Source: an uncultured candidatus Porisulfidus sp. (GTDB taxonomy: Bacteria > Pseudomonadota > Gammaproteobacteria > Poriferisulfidales > Poriferisulfidaceae). From it: a stretch of DNA of 64,000 nucleotides. The translations under genes were made by a program, and so were the position numbers. The notes beneath the pieces were generated by a model. It was not told where the DNA came from. It made no database searches and saw nothing but the letters and a program-made list of their open reading frames with translations. The stretch covers positions 1,376,001 to 1,440,000 of the forward strand of contig OZ241993.1 of NCBI GenBank assembly GCA_965204575.1. Direction: 5' to 3'. Shown here one piece after another: positions 45,976 to 56,324 of the stretch (positions within the stretch are counted from its first letter, which is position 1; each line of letters begins with the position of its first letter).

Positions 45976-46796
45976 ACCGGCCGGCGCGAGGAACCCGCCT
46001 CAGTCGGGTCAGTCCTCTCTCCTGGATCGGGGCCGTTGCCGTTCATGCGGTGATCGCTGGACTGTTGCTGCAATTCGGAACCGAACCGGCCCAGTCCAAC
46101 GTTCCAACCCGGCCGGATGTCGAGGCGGTGCGCGTTCAGGCGGCAGACGAGGAATTGCTGGAGCAGAGGCGTGAAGCGCACCGGCAGGCATTGCGCGAAG
46201 AGGAACTCCGCAAACAGCGGGAGCGTGAAGCGAAACGCAAGGAAGCCGAACGCAGGCAGGCGGAGAAACGCAAACGCGAGGAAGAAGCGCGCCGCAAGGC
46301 CGAAGAGAAGAAGAAAGCGAAGGCGCGGGCCGAAGCGAAACGCAAGGCAAAAGAAGAAGCCGAGCGGAAACTTGCGGAGAAGCGCGAGCGTGAGGAGGCG
46401 GCACGCCGGCAGGCCGAAGAGGAGGCGCGCAAGCTGCAGGAAGCCGAACAACGGGCGGAGGCGCGTCGGCAGGAGCAGGCGCAGCGGCGGCAGCGGGAAG
46501 CTGCCCGACGGGCCCGGCAGGCCGATATCTGGCGCATTGCGATCAAGAAAAGAATCGAACGGGTCTGGCTGCGCCCCCCGGCGGCTGGAAACATCTCGCC
46601 TTGCGAGGTGGTCGTGGAACAGGATGAAAAAGGCGTGGTGCTGTCCGCCAAGGTACGCGGCTGCCGGGCCTCGCAGGCCTGGCAGGATTCTTTGCGCAAC
46701 GCCGTGCTGAAGGCTAGCCCGTTGCCGCGGCCTCCGATCGCGGAACTGTTTGATCGCCACCTGGTGATCACCTTCCGTCCAAAAGTAGCCCGTTGA
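45972..46796 (+). CDS. tolA: TolA
   Basis: N-terminal TM with His, long A/E/K/R helix, C-terminal AVLKASPLP domain. Confidence 0.88.
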   Translation: MNRPARGTRLSRVSPLSWIGAVAVHAVIAGLLLQFGTEPAQSNVPTRPDVEAVRVQAADEELLEQRREAHRQALREEELRKQREREAKRKEAERRQAEKRKREEEARRKAEEKKKAKARAEAKRKAKEEAERKLAEKREREEAARRQAEEEARKLQEAEQRAEARRQEQAQRRQREAARRARQADIWRIAIKKRIERVWLRPPAAGNISPCEVVVEQDEKGVVLSAKVRGCRASQAWQDSLRNAVLKASPLPRPPIAELFDRHLVITFRPKVAR

Positions 46797-46797
46797 A

Positions 46798-48081
46798 ATG
46801 AACGCCGCTCGCCTGCGTGCTTGTGTCCTGCTGTTGCCTCTTTGCGTGGGTGCGGCACAGGCGGAATTCCGCATTGATATCGAGCAGGGGGTCGAGCAGG
46901 GCATCCCCATCGTTTTGGTGGCATATTCGGAATCCGAGCGGAAACTGGCAGAAGTCGTTGGTGCGGACCTGGCGCGAAGCGGGTTTTTCAATGTGCTGGA
47001 CCCCGGGACGGCACCGCCGGCGGCGGTGCGCGAGGGGGACCTGAACTGGGATGCCTGGGATGGCCATTTGGCAGAGTACGCGGTGACGGCGACGGTGTCC
47101 CCGGGAGCAGGCCGGCTCCAGCTGGATATCCGGTTGTTCGACCTGCTGGCGGGCAAGGCTGTCTTGGCGCGCCGCCTGTCGGCGAAGCCGAAGCAACTGC
47201 GCCGCTTGGCGCATCAGGCCGCGGACGCGCTGCACGAACAGATCACGGGCATCCCCGGTGCGTTCGATACCCGAATCGCCTATGTCGGTCAAATTCGTGA
47301 AGCAGGCCGGGTTCGCTATCGCCTGTATGTGGCGGATGCGGACGGGCACCATCCAATCGCGATCCTCACTTCGCCGCGCCCGCTGCTGTCGCCCGTTTGG
47401 TCGCCGGATGGGATGAGCCTGGCCTACGTGTCGTTCGAAACTCGGCGGCCGCAGGTGTTCCTCCAGAACCTGCGGGACGCAAGCCGCCGGGCGCTGCCGG
47501 GTTCCGGGCGCAGTTCCAGTGCCCCGGCTTTCTCTCCCGACGGGCGGCGCCTGGCCTTGGCCATGACGGTGGACGGAGACATGGAAATTTTTATCTACGC
47601 CTTGGATACGGGCTCCCTGTCTCGCTTCACCTACAGCGCGGGAATCGATACGGAACCGGCTTGGGAAGCCGATGGGCAGGGATTGGTCTTCACGTCCGAC
47701 CGGGGTGGCAAGCCGAAGCTTTATCGCCAGGGCTTGCGCGATGCGCAGGCCCGGATGTTGCCCCTCCCGGGCAACTACACCACGGATGCGGTGGTGTCCA
47801 CCGACGGTCGCTACTTGGCTTTCGTCCAGTCGACCGAGGCGGGCGGTTACGGCGTGGCGCTGTTCGAGCCGGAGAGCGAGGGCTTGTTTCCCTTGTCTTC
47901 GGGAACCCTGGACGAGGCACCGTCGTTCGCGCCGAACGGATTCAGCCTGATTTACGCCAGCACGACCCGGAGCGGGGAACAAATCCTGATGCTGGCCAGC
48001 CATAATGGTAGAATTCGTCAGCGCCTCCCGCTTGCCCATTCGGACGTTCGGGAGCCTGCGTGGTCTCCCTACCGACGCTAG
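46798..48081 (+). CDS. tolB: TolB
   Basis: FDTRIAYV, WSPDG/FSPDG propeller repeats, EPAWSP end. Confidence 0.93.
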   Translation: MNAARLRACVLLLPLCVGAAQAEFRIDIEQGVEQGIPIVLVAYSESERKLAEVVGADLARSGFFNVLDPGTAPPAAVREGDLNWDAWDGHLAEYAVTATVSPGAGRLQLDIRLFDLLAGKAVLARRLSAKPKQLRRLAHQAADALHEQITGIPGAFDTRIAYVGQIREAGRVRYRLYVADADGHHPIAILTSPRPLLSPVWSPDGMSLAYVSFETRRPQVFLQNLRDASRRALPGSGRSSSAPAFSPDGRRLALAMTVDGDMEIFIYALDTGSLSRFTYSAGIDTEPAWEADGQGLVFTSDRGGKPKLYRQGLRDAQARMLPLPGNYTTDAVVSTDGRYLAFVQSTEAGGYGVALFEPESEGLFPLSSGTLDEAPSFAPNGFSLIYASTTRSGEQILMLASHNGRIRQRLPLAHSDVREPAWSPYRR

Positions 48082-48086
48082 AAGGA

Positions 48087-48671
48087 ATGCCAATGCGACG
48101 ATTTTTTTCACGCCCCGCCCCGCCGTTGATCCTGCTGGGGTTGGGTGTTGTCCTGGGTGCCTGCGGGGTGCCGGAGGAAGACCCTCCTGCCGCCGTGGAA
48201 GATTCGAAGATCCTGCTGGAAGAGGATCCGGGTGCCGTCGAGGGCGTTGCTCTGGACGATGAAGGAAACATCATTGCGGGAGACCTGGATATCAGTTCGA
48301 AGGATGGCCCTGTGGCCGGGACGGCCGCAAATGCCGCGGGCCAGGGCATGACCGTCTACTTCGACTACGACAGCACCGAGGTGAAGCCGAGGTTCGCGGA
48401 AGTCATCCAGCGTGCGTCGGCGCATTTGCAGAACAATCCGGCAGGTCGGCTGCGCCTGGAGGGGCATACGGATGAACGGGGTACCCGGGCCTACAACTTG
48501 GCGCTGGGCGAGCGCCGGGCACAAAGCGTACGGGACATGATCCTGGAATTGGGCGCTTTGGCGGAACAGGTGGATTGGGTCAGCTACGGTGAGGAACTCC
48601 CCGCGGTGACAGGCCAGGGCGAGGGCACCTGGGGACACAACCGTAGGGTCGAAATCATCCTGGAAGAGTGA
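48087..48671 (+). CDS. pal: Peptidoglycan-associated lipoprotein Pal
   Basis: Lipobox LGAC, VYFDYD, EGHTDERG, YNLALGERRA, NRR. Confidence 0.93.
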   Translation: MPMRRFFSRPAPPLILLGLGVVLGACGVPEEDPPAAVEDSKILLEEDPGAVEGVALDDEGNIIAGDLDISSKDGPVAGTAANAAGQGMTVYFDYDSTEVKPRFAEVIQRASAHLQNNPAGRLRLEGHTDERGTRAYNLALGERRAQSVRDMILELGALAEQVDWVSYGEELPAVTGQGEGTWGHNRRVEIILEE

Positions 48672-49651
48672 CCGACTGCGTCCGTCGGGGCAGAAAAGGA
48701 CGTGTGCTCGCGTTGGCGGGCAGTCTTGTTTACAGCGTCTGCGCTTTCGCGCAGGATCCGGAACCGGACCCGCAGCCGCCATGGCTCGAACGGGTCATTC
48801 AGGCGCTGGAGCGTGTGGAAGCGGAACAGCAAGTATTGCGGCAAGAGATCGAGGCCCTTCGGGCCCGGCCGGGCGATTCCCCGGAGCCTGAGAGCGTAAG
48901 CGACCCGGCCGCCTTGTTCGAGGCCGAGCAGGAGGCCCCTCCGGAAATCCAACGAATCGTCGAGGAGCTGACCCGCCTGGAAGCGGAGCAGCAGGCGTTG
49001 CGGCAGGAAGTCGAGGCTTTGCTTGCCCGGCAGGACGAAGCTCAGGTTCAGGAGATGGAGCACTCTGCTGTCGAGAGCGAGCCTGCCGTCGAGGGCGAGG
49101 AGGACTCCACGCCGTCGGTCGAAATGGTGGAGCAGGACCCGGGCGTCCCGGTGGATGACGCGGACGCCGAGGCGGCGGCCACTTCCGAACCTGTGCCGGG
49201 TCCGGAGGAGGGCGAAGCGGCGGCGACTCCGGAGGAGAAGGCCTTTTCGCCACAGATCACCCAGCCGGCCGCGCGGTTGTACGGCTTGGGCCGGGAAGCT
49301 TTCAGGAATCTCAATTTCTATGATGCGGCCAAGGCGTTCCGGGAATTCCTGGCCAAGTACCCGGCTCACGAGGATGCCGGGGAGGCCTGGTACTGGCTCG
49401 GTGAGACCCTGTACGTGGAAGGGCGCTTCCAGGAAGCAATTGCCGCGTTCGCCGAAGTCATCGCCGACGAGGCCAACCCGCGCCGCGAAGTGGCGCGCCT
49501 GAAGACCGGCTATGCCTGGTTCGAATTGGGTGATTTCGAGAGGGCCGAGGCGATCCTGACCGAGATTCGCGACCAGAACCCCGACAGTGACCTTGCCCGG
49601 CTCGCGCAGTTGCGGCTGGACCGGTTGCAGCGTCGGGCGGGCGAAGAGTGA
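48668..49651 (+). CDS. cpoB: Cell division coordinator CpoB (YbgF)
   Basis: Signal peptide, coiled coil, C-terminal TPRs (AWYWLGE); position after pal. Confidence 0.85.
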   Translation: MTDCVRRGRKGRVLALAGSLVYSVCAFAQDPEPDPQPPWLERVIQALERVEAEQQVLRQEIEALRARPGDSPEPESVSDPAALFEAEQEAPPEIQRIVEELTRLEAEQQALRQEVEALLARQDEAQVQEMEHSAVESEPAVEGEEDSTPSVEMVEQDPGVPVDDADAEAAATSEPVPGPEEGEAAATPEEKAFSPQITQPAARLYGLGREAFRNLNFYDAAKAFREFLAKYPAHEDAGEAWYWLGETLYVEGRFQEAIAAFAEVIADEANPRREVARLKTGYAWFELGDFERAEAILTEIRDQNPDSDLARLAQLRLDRLQRRAGEE

Positions 49652-50307
49652 TGAGCCCGGAGGGTGCACAAGACATCCGGCTGCGTGTCACCGAAATCTT
49701 CCACTCCATCCAGGGGGAGGGGTCGGCCAGCGGCCGGCCGAGCGCGTTCGTCCGCCTGACCGGCTGCCCTCTGCGCTGCGGATACTGCGATACGGCCTAC
49801 GCTTTCACTGAAGGCGAATGGATGACTCTGGAGGAGATCCTGGGGGCGGTGGCCACGCAGCCGGTCCAGGATGTCTGCGTGACCGGTGGCGAGCCGTTGG
49901 CACAGCCGGAATGCAAGCAACTACTGAGCGAGTTGTGCGACCGGGGCTATCAAGTGACCCTGGAGACCAGCGGCGCGCTGTCCGTCTCGGAAGTGGACCC
50001 GCGGGTTTTCAAGGCGCTGGACATCAAGACCCCGGGCAGTGGGGAAGAGGCGCGCAATGACTGGAGCAATTTGGAGCACCTCCAGCCTACGGACCTGGTG
50101 AAGTTCGTGATTTGCTCGCGCGAGGATTACAAGTGGGCACGCGATCAGGTTCAAGGGCGCACGTGGGATTGCGAAGTCTTCTTCTCGCCATCCTGGGAGG
50201 AACAGGACGCCGGGCAGTTGGGGGAGTGGATCGTGGCCGATGCATTGCCGGTGCGCCTGCAAGTCCAGCTCCACAAGGTGCTGTGGGGTGATGTCCGGGG
50301 GCGCTAG
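49651..50307 (+). CDS. queE: 7-carboxy-7-deazaguanine synthase
   Basis: [23 protein letters not shown]. Confidence 0.93.
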   Translation: MSPEGAQDIRLRVTEIFHSIQGEGSASGRPSAFVRLTGCPLRCGYCDTAYAFTEGEWMTLEEILGAVATQPVQDVCVTGGEPLAQPECKQLLSELCDRGYQVTLETSGALSVSEVDPRVFKALDIKTPGSGEEARNDWSNLEHLQPTDLVKFVICSREDYKWARDQVQGRTWDCEVFFSPSWEEQDAGQLGEWIVADALPVRLQVQLHKVLWGDVRGR

Positions 50308-50977
50308 ACCGGCCGTTGTGTTGCTGTCTGGCGGCATGGATTCGGCAACGACCCTGTACTGGGCGCGCGCCGAGGGGTTTGTGCCGACGGCCCTGAGCTT
50401 CTGCTACGGGCAGCGGCACAGCGCGGAACTGCAGGCGGCTCGGCGGTTGACTCGGGAAGTGAATTGCGAGCTGGTGGAGATGGATCTTGATTTGGCGAAA
50501 TTCGGCGCTTCGGCGCTGACCGACCCGGAAATCGCCGTGCCGGAAGGGCCGGACGACGGGATTCCGGTCACTTACGTGCCGGCCCGCAATACCGTGTTCC
50601 TGTCGGTCGCGCTTGCCTTGGCCGAGGCGCGGGACATCCACGATATCTGCATCGGCGTCAATGCGATCGACTATTCGGGTTATCCGGATTGCCGGGGTGA
50701 ATTCATTTCGGCGTTCGAAAAGACAGCCAACCTGGCGACCCGGGACAGCGTGGAAGGTCGTCCGTTCCGCATCCACACGCCGCTGATCGATTGGACCAAG
50801 GCCGAGATTATCCGAGCCGGGATGCAACTGAGGGTCGACTATGCGATGACCGTTTCGTGCTACCGGGCGGATTCTGAAGGTCGGGCCTGTGGGACTTGCG
50901 AGGCTTGCCGGTTACGCCGGGAAGGGTTCGAGGCAGCGGGAGTCGAGGACCCGACACGCTACCAGGAACGCGATTAG
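50291..50977 (+). CDS. queC: 7-cyano-7-deazaguanine synthase
   Basis: LSGGMDS, YVPARN, YPDCR, SCY...CGTCEAC. Confidence 0.95.
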   Translation: MSGGARPAVVLLSGGMDSATTLYWARAEGFVPTALSFCYGQRHSAELQAARRLTREVNCELVEMDLDLAKFGASALTDPEIAVPEGPDDGIPVTYVPARNTVFLSVALALAEARDIHDICIGVNAIDYSGYPDCRGEFISAFEKTANLATRDSVEGRPFRIHTPLIDWTKAEIIRAGMQLRVDYAMTVSCYRADSEGRACGTCEACRLRREGFEAAGVEDPTRYQERD

Positions 50978-51044
50978 CAAGTATGGGGGCTCGTTCGGGC
51001 CAGAAAATACACCATAATAGTACGCATATTTCTATTGTAAAGCT

Positions 51045-51266
51045 ATGAAAAACATTATATTCAATGCTAACGAAGTCCTGATCGAAGCGGCACGGGAGAG
51101 GGCGAGAGAAGAAAGAATCACGCTGGAAGCCCAGTTCAGGTTGTGGCTGGCCGAGTATGCGCAGAGGCAAGACCTGCTCAAGGCGTATGACGAGACGATT
51201 CGCGATCTGCGTGGACGACTTGTCGTCGGGCGGAAGCTAACCCGAGAGGAGATCAATCAGCATTGA
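51045..51266 (+). CDS. Orphan antitoxin-like small protein
   Basis: 73 aa, MKNI...LIEAARERAR...FR.WL..Y, ending GRKLTREE; resembles antitoxins normally paired with PIN toxins; AT-rich upstream. Confidence 0.55.
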   Translation: MKNIIFNANEVLIEAARERAREERITLEAQFRLWLAEYAQRQDLLKAYDETIRDLRGRLVVGRKLTREEINQH

Positions 51267-51369
51267 GGTCGCTTGAATGCCAATGGACTCGCCCCCGTAA
51301 GATTCCAAGCGCAAGCCCCGAAACCCCGTTGTACAATTGAGCCGTTGCCACAACGACTCATGACGCCCT

Positions 51370-52599
51370 ATGGAACTTGAAATCTACCGCCAGGTTTTGC
51401 TCGCCGGGTTCATCATCACGATCGTCCTCGGCGCGGTGGCCTACAAGACCAATTTCTGCACGATGGGGGCTGTCTCGGACCTCGTGAACATGGGCGATTC
51501 CGGCCGCATGCGCGCCTGGGTGCTCGGCATGGCGGTGGCGGTGCTGGGCGTGGCCATCCTCGAATACATCGGGCTGGCGGACATGAGCCTGACCGCGAGT
51601 GCGGAGACCGGGCGGCCGCCGTACCGCGCCGCCGTGTTTCCGTGGCCGCGTTTTCTCATCGGCGGGCTCCTGTTCGGCATCGGCATGACGATCGGTTCCG
51701 GATGCGGCAACCGCACCATGGTGCGCATCGGAGGGGGCAACCTGAAGTCGATCGCGGTGCTGTTGGCGATGGGCATCGCCGGCTACCTGATGATCTTCAC
51801 CAATTTCGGCTATTACGTCTTCCTGCAGTGGATGGAGCCGGCCTTCATCGACCTGCGCAACCTCGGCATCGCGGACCAGTCGCTGGGAGCGGCGGTATCC
51901 GGCCCGCTCGGGCTGCCGGGGGCTGCGGCATCACTCGCCATCGGCCTGATCGTCGGGGTCCTGATGCTGATCTGGGTGCTGCGTTCTTCCGATTTCCTGC
52001 AGAACCGGGACAACGTGCTGGCCGGCGTCGTGCTGGGGCTGTGCGTGGCGGCGGCTTGGTACGTGACCGCCGGCCCGATGGGGCAAGGCCTGATCGAGGA
52101 AGTCGCGTTCCTGGAAGGCGATGAACAGCCGTACGGGGTCGGAGCCCAGTCGCTGACGTTCGTGCAACCTGCGGCCACCCTGATCCGTTTCTTGGAGACC
52201 GGCTTCGCCAGCCGGTTCATGAGTTTCGCTCTGGTAGCCGGGGCGGGCGTGATCGTCGGCGCGTTCCTTTACGCGCTGGTCTCGCGACGGTTGCGGGTCG
52301 AGTGGTTCCAGTCGCTCGGCGATGCCGCGCGGCACGTGCTCGGCGGGGTGCTGATGGGGTTCGGCGGGGTGCTGTCGATCGGCTGCACCATCGGACAGGC
52401 AGTCTCCGGTGTGTCCACGCTGGCGATCGGATCGTTCCTGACTTTCGTGAGCATCTGCCTGGGCAGCGCGTTGACGATGAAGGTCCAATACTACAAAATG
52501 GTCTACGAAGACGAGGCGAATTGGGCGAGTGCGCTGGTTGCCGGAATGGCGGACCTGCGCCTGATTCCCCAGAAATGGCGGCGCCACGAAGCGGTATAA
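51370..52599 (+). CDS. YeeE/YedE family sulfur-compound transporter
   Basis: FCTMGA, GSGC and IGC Cys motifs; multiple TM segments. Confidence 0.9.
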   Translation: MELEIYRQVLLAGFIITIVLGAVAYKTNFCTMGAVSDLVNMGDSGRMRAWVLGMAVAVLGVAILEYIGLADMSLTASAETGRPPYRAAVFPWPRFLIGGLLFGIGMTIGSGCGNRTMVRIGGGNLKSIAVLLAMGIAGYLMIFTNFGYYVFLQWMEPAFIDLRNLGIADQSLGAAVSGPLGLPGAAASLAIGLIVGVLMLIWVLRSSDFLQNRDNVLAGVVLGLCVAAAWYVTAGPMGQGLIEEVAFLEGDEQPYGVGAQSLTFVQPAATLIRFLETGFASRFMSFALVAGAGVIVGAFLYALVSRRLRVEWFQSLGDAARHVLGGVLMGFGGVLSIGCTIGQAVSGVSTLAIGSFLTFVSICLGSALTMKVQYYKMVYEDEANWASALVAGMADLRLIPQKWRRHEAV

Positions 52600-52609
52600 G
52601 CGGGATCTC

Positions 52610-52686
52610 GGGTCGTTAGCTCAGCTAGGTAGAGCACCGGACTTTTAATCCGTTGGTCGCAGGTTCGATCCCTGCACGACCCACCA
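52610..52686 (+). tRNA. tRNA-Lys(TTT)
   Basis: GGGTCGT/ACGACCC stem, CTTTTAA loop, CCA end. Confidence 0.96.
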
Positions 52687-52845
52687 CCCCCGATTGACGC
52701 CATGCGGGTCTGAAATGGCGGGCCGCGAAAACTGCCGCCTGCATGTTCCAAGGCGGGGGTGCGGCGGCATAAACCCTATCGGATTTGTGTATAATTCAAA
52801 GGGTTCAAGGCAGTTTGCCTGCCGCGAGATTTTCGAGGATCGGTT

Positions 52846-55137
52846 ATGACGCAAGTTTCAAAAATCAAGGTGCCTGAAGGGCACTCTTTGCACCATGTGT
52901 GCTGTCCGCACGACTGCCCGGATACCTGTTCCATGCTGGTCACCCGGGACGACAGCACGGGGCGCGCGGTCCGGGTCCAGGGCGACCCCACGCATCCGGT
53001 GACGCGCGGCTACCTGTGCAATAAAGTCAATCATTACCTGGACCTGGTCTACAACGACAACCGGGTCCTTTATCCGCACAAGCGGGTCGGCCCCAGGGGG
53101 CCTGGCGCCAAGTTCGAGCGCATCAGCTGGGATGAGGCGCTGGACATGGTCACCGACAACTTCAAGGAAGTGATCGCCGAGTACGGTTCCGAGGCGGTGC
53201 AGCCGTATTCCTATTCCGGCACCTTGGGCATGCTGGGCTACTGGGCGATGGACCAGCGCTTCTGGAACAAGATGGAAGCGGCCCGGCTGGAGCAGTCCAT
53301 CTGCATTTACGCCGCGATGTGGGCCGGCATTCACACCTATGGCGTGGCCAACGGGCCGGCCGTCCATGACGCCGTGCAGGACGCGGAGTTGATTGTCCTG
53401 TGGGGCGCGAATCTCGTCAGCACGGGGGTGCATGCCATTCCGTTCATTCGCGAGGCTCAGGAGCGGGGCGCCAAACTGATCGTTATCGACCCCCGGATCA
53501 CCCGCACGACCATGATGGCGGATTGGCACATCCAGCCGCGTCCCGGGACCGATGCGGCGCTGGCGCTGGGTGCGATGAAGGTCATCGTGGACAACGGCCT
53601 GCACGACGAAGCGTTCCTGCGCGAACAGACGGTCGGTTGGGAGCAGTTCATCAACGAGAAACTCCCCGAATACCCGCTCGACAAGGTGTCGGAGATCACC
53701 GGCGTGCCGGAGGCGGATATCGAGAAGTTCGGCCTGATGTACGGCAAGGCGAAGAAATCTTTCATCCGTGCCAACTACGGCCTCAACCGGCATCAGAATT
53801 CGGGGCAGACCTGCCGGGCCATCCTGGTCATGCCCTGCATCACCGGTTCCTGGCGCGAGCCGAACGGCGGCGCCGCATTCGGGACGCTGGAGGAAATGTG
53901 GCTGCAGTTCAACCTGGCCAAGCTGCAACGCCCGGACCTCGGCGATCGGCCCAATAAACGGGTGGTCAACATGGTGCAGATCGGGCGCGCCCTCGCCGAC
54001 AACATCGGCGTGGACGACAAGCCGCTGGACCCGCCGATCAAGTCGATCTTCGTGTACAACTCGGATCCGGCGAACTGTGCGCCGAATTCGGGCAACGTGC
54101 GGCGTGGCCTGATGCGCGACGACCTGTTCGTGGCGGTGCACGATACGTTCTGGACGGACACCTGCAACTATGCGGACGTGGTGCTGCCGGCAGACACGCA
54201 GCTCGAGCGGATGGACCTGCATGCCGCGTACGGGCACTGGCACTTCAACCTGAACAAGGCGGTCATCGAGCCGCTGGGTGAAAGCTGTGCCAACACCGAG
54301 CTGTTCCGCCGGATGGCGCAGAAGATGGGCTACGTGGAGGAAAGCGACGACGCGTTCACCCAGACCGACGAGGAAATGATCCGCGACATCCTGTTCGACG
54401 AGGAGGTTAACCCGCTGATGGAGGGGATCACCTACGAGCAACTGGAGAAGAACGGCTGGGCCCGCGCCAGCGACAAATCGAAGCGGCGCGACTTCCTGAA
54501 CATCGGTTGGCCGACCGCGAGCAAGAAGATCGAGATCTTCAGCCAGACGTTGGCGGATGAAGGGCAGGACCCATTGCCGACCTACAATCCGGAAGTCGAA
54601 GGGCAGGAGGATCCGAAGCGCAAGGATTATCCGATCCAGGTGCTGAGTTCGGCCGCTCACTACTTCATCGGCGACTCGTTCCAATCGGTGCCGAGGCTGC
54701 AGGCGATGATGTCCCGGCCCACGGTGGAGATGAGCGTCAACGACGCCAAGGAACGGGGCATCGAGGACGGCGATCTGGTTCGCCTGTACAACGACCGGGG
54801 CGAGACCTACTGCTATGCGGTCATCATCAACGGCTTGCTCGACGGCGTGTGTGCGACGCAGAAGCAGTTCAAGGGCAGCAACACGCCGGGTGGAGTGAAC
54901 GTGAATGTCCTGAACTCGGAGATGCTGACCGACTTCGGCCTGAGCCCGACCTTCTACTCGTGTCTGGCCGAAATCGAGAAGGCGGACGCGGAGACCACCA
55001 AGAAGGCGCGTCTCAAGGAGTTGGGAGGCGTCGAAGGTTATATCGCCGCGTGGCGCAACAAGAACCGGGAATCCGAGGCGACCGATGAACAAATTCTCGA
55101 ATATGCCAAGCAAGAGCATCCGGAGGTCTTCAACTGA
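52846..55137 (+). CDS. Mo/W-bisPGD oxidoreductase catalytic subunit (DMSO reductase superfamily), cytoplasmic
   Basis: CPHDCPDTC...GYLC FS0 motif, ISWDEAL, WGAN, PRPGTD, ADVVLP, C-terminal DGDLV.LYNDRG domain; no Tat RR motif; TATAAT at 52790-52795. Confidence 0.9.
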   Translation: MTQVSKIKVPEGHSLHHVCCPHDCPDTCSMLVTRDDSTGRAVRVQGDPTHPVTRGYLCNKVNHYLDLVYNDNRVLYPHKRVGPRGPGAKFERISWDEALDMVTDNFKEVIAEYGSEAVQPYSYSGTLGMLGYWAMDQRFWNKMEAARLEQSICIYAAMWAGIHTYGVANGPAVHDAVQDAELIVLWGANLVSTGVHAIPFIREAQERGAKLIVIDPRITRTTMMADWHIQPRPGTDAALALGAMKVIVDNGLHDEAFLREQTVGWEQFINEKLPEYPLDKVSEITGVPEADIEKFGLMYGKAKKSFIRANYGLNRHQNSGQTCRAILVMPCITGSWREPNGGAAFGTLEEMWLQFNLAKLQRPDLGDRPNKRVVNMVQIGRALADNIGVDDKPLDPPIKSIFVYNSDPANCAPNSGNVRRGLMRDDLFVAVHDTFWTDTCNYADVVLPADTQLERMDLHAAYGHWHFNLNKAVIEPLGESCANTELFRRMAQKMGYVEESDDAFTQTDEEMIRDILFDEEVNPLMEGITYEQLEKNGWARASDKSKRRDFLNIGWPTASKKIEIFSQTLADEGQDPLPTYNPEVEGQEDPKRKDYPIQVLSSAAHYFIGDSFQSVPRLQAMMSRPTVEMSVNDAKERGIEDGDLVRLYNDRGETYCYAVIINGLLDGVCATQKQFKGSNTPGGVNVNVLNSEMLTDFGLSPTFYSCLAEIEKADAETTKKARLKELGGVEGYIAAWRNKNRESEATDEQILEYAKQEHPEVFN

Positions 55138-56255
55138 TGGCACAGGAAATGTTTGAAAGCTGCCGGGACCCGCTGGCCCTGCCGCAGCCGAACCGCGAGA
55201 TCCAGACGCTGCGCGTCGGATACCAGGAAGGGCGGGTCAAGAGCATGCGGAACCTGACGCACGACACCTACGAGCTCGTGGTGCAGTGTGATCATGAAGG
55301 GCAGATCGGGGAGGCGGGCCAGTTCTGGACGATCCGTATCCCGGGCATCCGCAAACCGCGTCCGTATTCTTTCGCTCGTGCGCCGGAGTCGGAGAACCCG
55401 GGCGAGCATACGTTCTTCATCCGCTTGGTGCCGGGGGGCGAGTTGTCTGCCTGGCTGGCCGGGGGAGACCGTACCGGGGAGGAGGTGACCTTGTCTGGCC
55501 CGCTCGGCAAGTTCAAGTTGGATCCATCCAGCGAGGACATGGTCTGTATCGCGGGCGGTTCCGGCATGAGCGCGGTTTACGCCATCATCGAGCACGCCGC
55601 AAACCTCAAGGTTGCCCGCAACTGCTACTTTTTCTACGGGGCCCGCACGCAGCAGGACTTGTACCTGAAGGAAGAGATCGAGGCGTTGCAGAAGCGCTGG
55701 CATCCGGACTATGTGCTGAAGTTCCACCAGGTGCTCAACGAAGAGCCGGAAGATTCCGACTGGGCAGGCGGACGCGGCCTGGTGACGGACTATTTCAAGA
55801 AGCACTACCTGGCCAACGGGCAGGTGGACATCAACCGGATGAAAGCCTATTTCTGCGGTCCGCCGCCGATGATCGACGCGGGGATCGCGGTGCTGAAGAA
55901 GGCCGGGCTGTCGGATCGCGACATCTTCTATGACAAGTTCGAGGATGCGCGCTCCCCCGTGCCGATCATCGACAACACCAAGTGCGTGCTGTGCGACGAG
56001 TGCTTGATGGTCAAGCCGGTCGAACACTGCATCGTGGAAGCCGCGAGTCTGCGCCGTGGGAACGGCGGAACACCGGGAACCATGGAGTACGAGGAGGTCG
56101 AGCCGGCTGCTACTGCCGGGTTGTATTACAACACGCTCTACATCAACGAGAAGGAGTGCATCCGTTGCTACGCCTGCGTGGAGATTTGTCCGGCCAAGGC
56201 GATTTCTCCGGATTATGCGCCGATGCCCAAGACGTTGGCGAGCATCGTCGAGTGA
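55137..56255 (+). CDS. FNR-type FAD/NAD(P)H oxidoreductase fused to a C-terminal Fe-S ferredoxin domain
   Basis: RPYSFA, GELSAWL, AGGSGMS, YFCGPPPMI, then CVLCDEC and CIRCYACVEICP; TGATG coupling to the upstream gene. Confidence 0.88.
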   Translation: MAQEMFESCRDPLALPQPNREIQTLRVGYQEGRVKSMRNLTHDTYELVVQCDHEGQIGEAGQFWTIRIPGIRKPRPYSFARAPESENPGEHTFFIRLVPGGELSAWLAGGDRTGEEVTLSGPLGKFKLDPSSEDMVCIAGGSGMSAVYAIIEHAANLKVARNCYFFYGARTQQDLYLKEEIEALQKRWHPDYVLKFHQVLNEEPEDSDWAGGRGLVTDYFKKHYLANGQVDINRMKAYFCGPPPMIDAGIAVLKKAGLSDRDIFYDKFEDARSPVPIIDNTKCVLCDECLMVKPVEHCIVEAASLRRGNGGTPGTMEYEEVEPAATAGLYYNTLYINEKECIRCYACVEICPAKAISPDYAPMPKTLASIVE

Positions 56256-56263
56256 TGTGATTC

Positions 56264-56286
56264 AGGCCGGGCGAATGGCCCGGCCT
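56264..56286. terminator. GC-rich hairpin between convergent genes
   Basis: AGGCCGGGC-gaatg-GCCCGGCCT perfect 9-bp stem. Confidence 0.6.
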
Positions 56287-56324
56287 TGCACCGAAATCAG
56301 AATTTGCGCTTGCCGTGCGGGAAA

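Noticed and set aside
46150-46520. Low-complexity repetitive DNA in tolA
   Set aside because: Normal TolA helical domain II
52687-56324. Possible genomic island integrated at tRNA-Lys
   Set aside because: No integrase, no duplicated tRNA 3' end seen, and host-like codon usage
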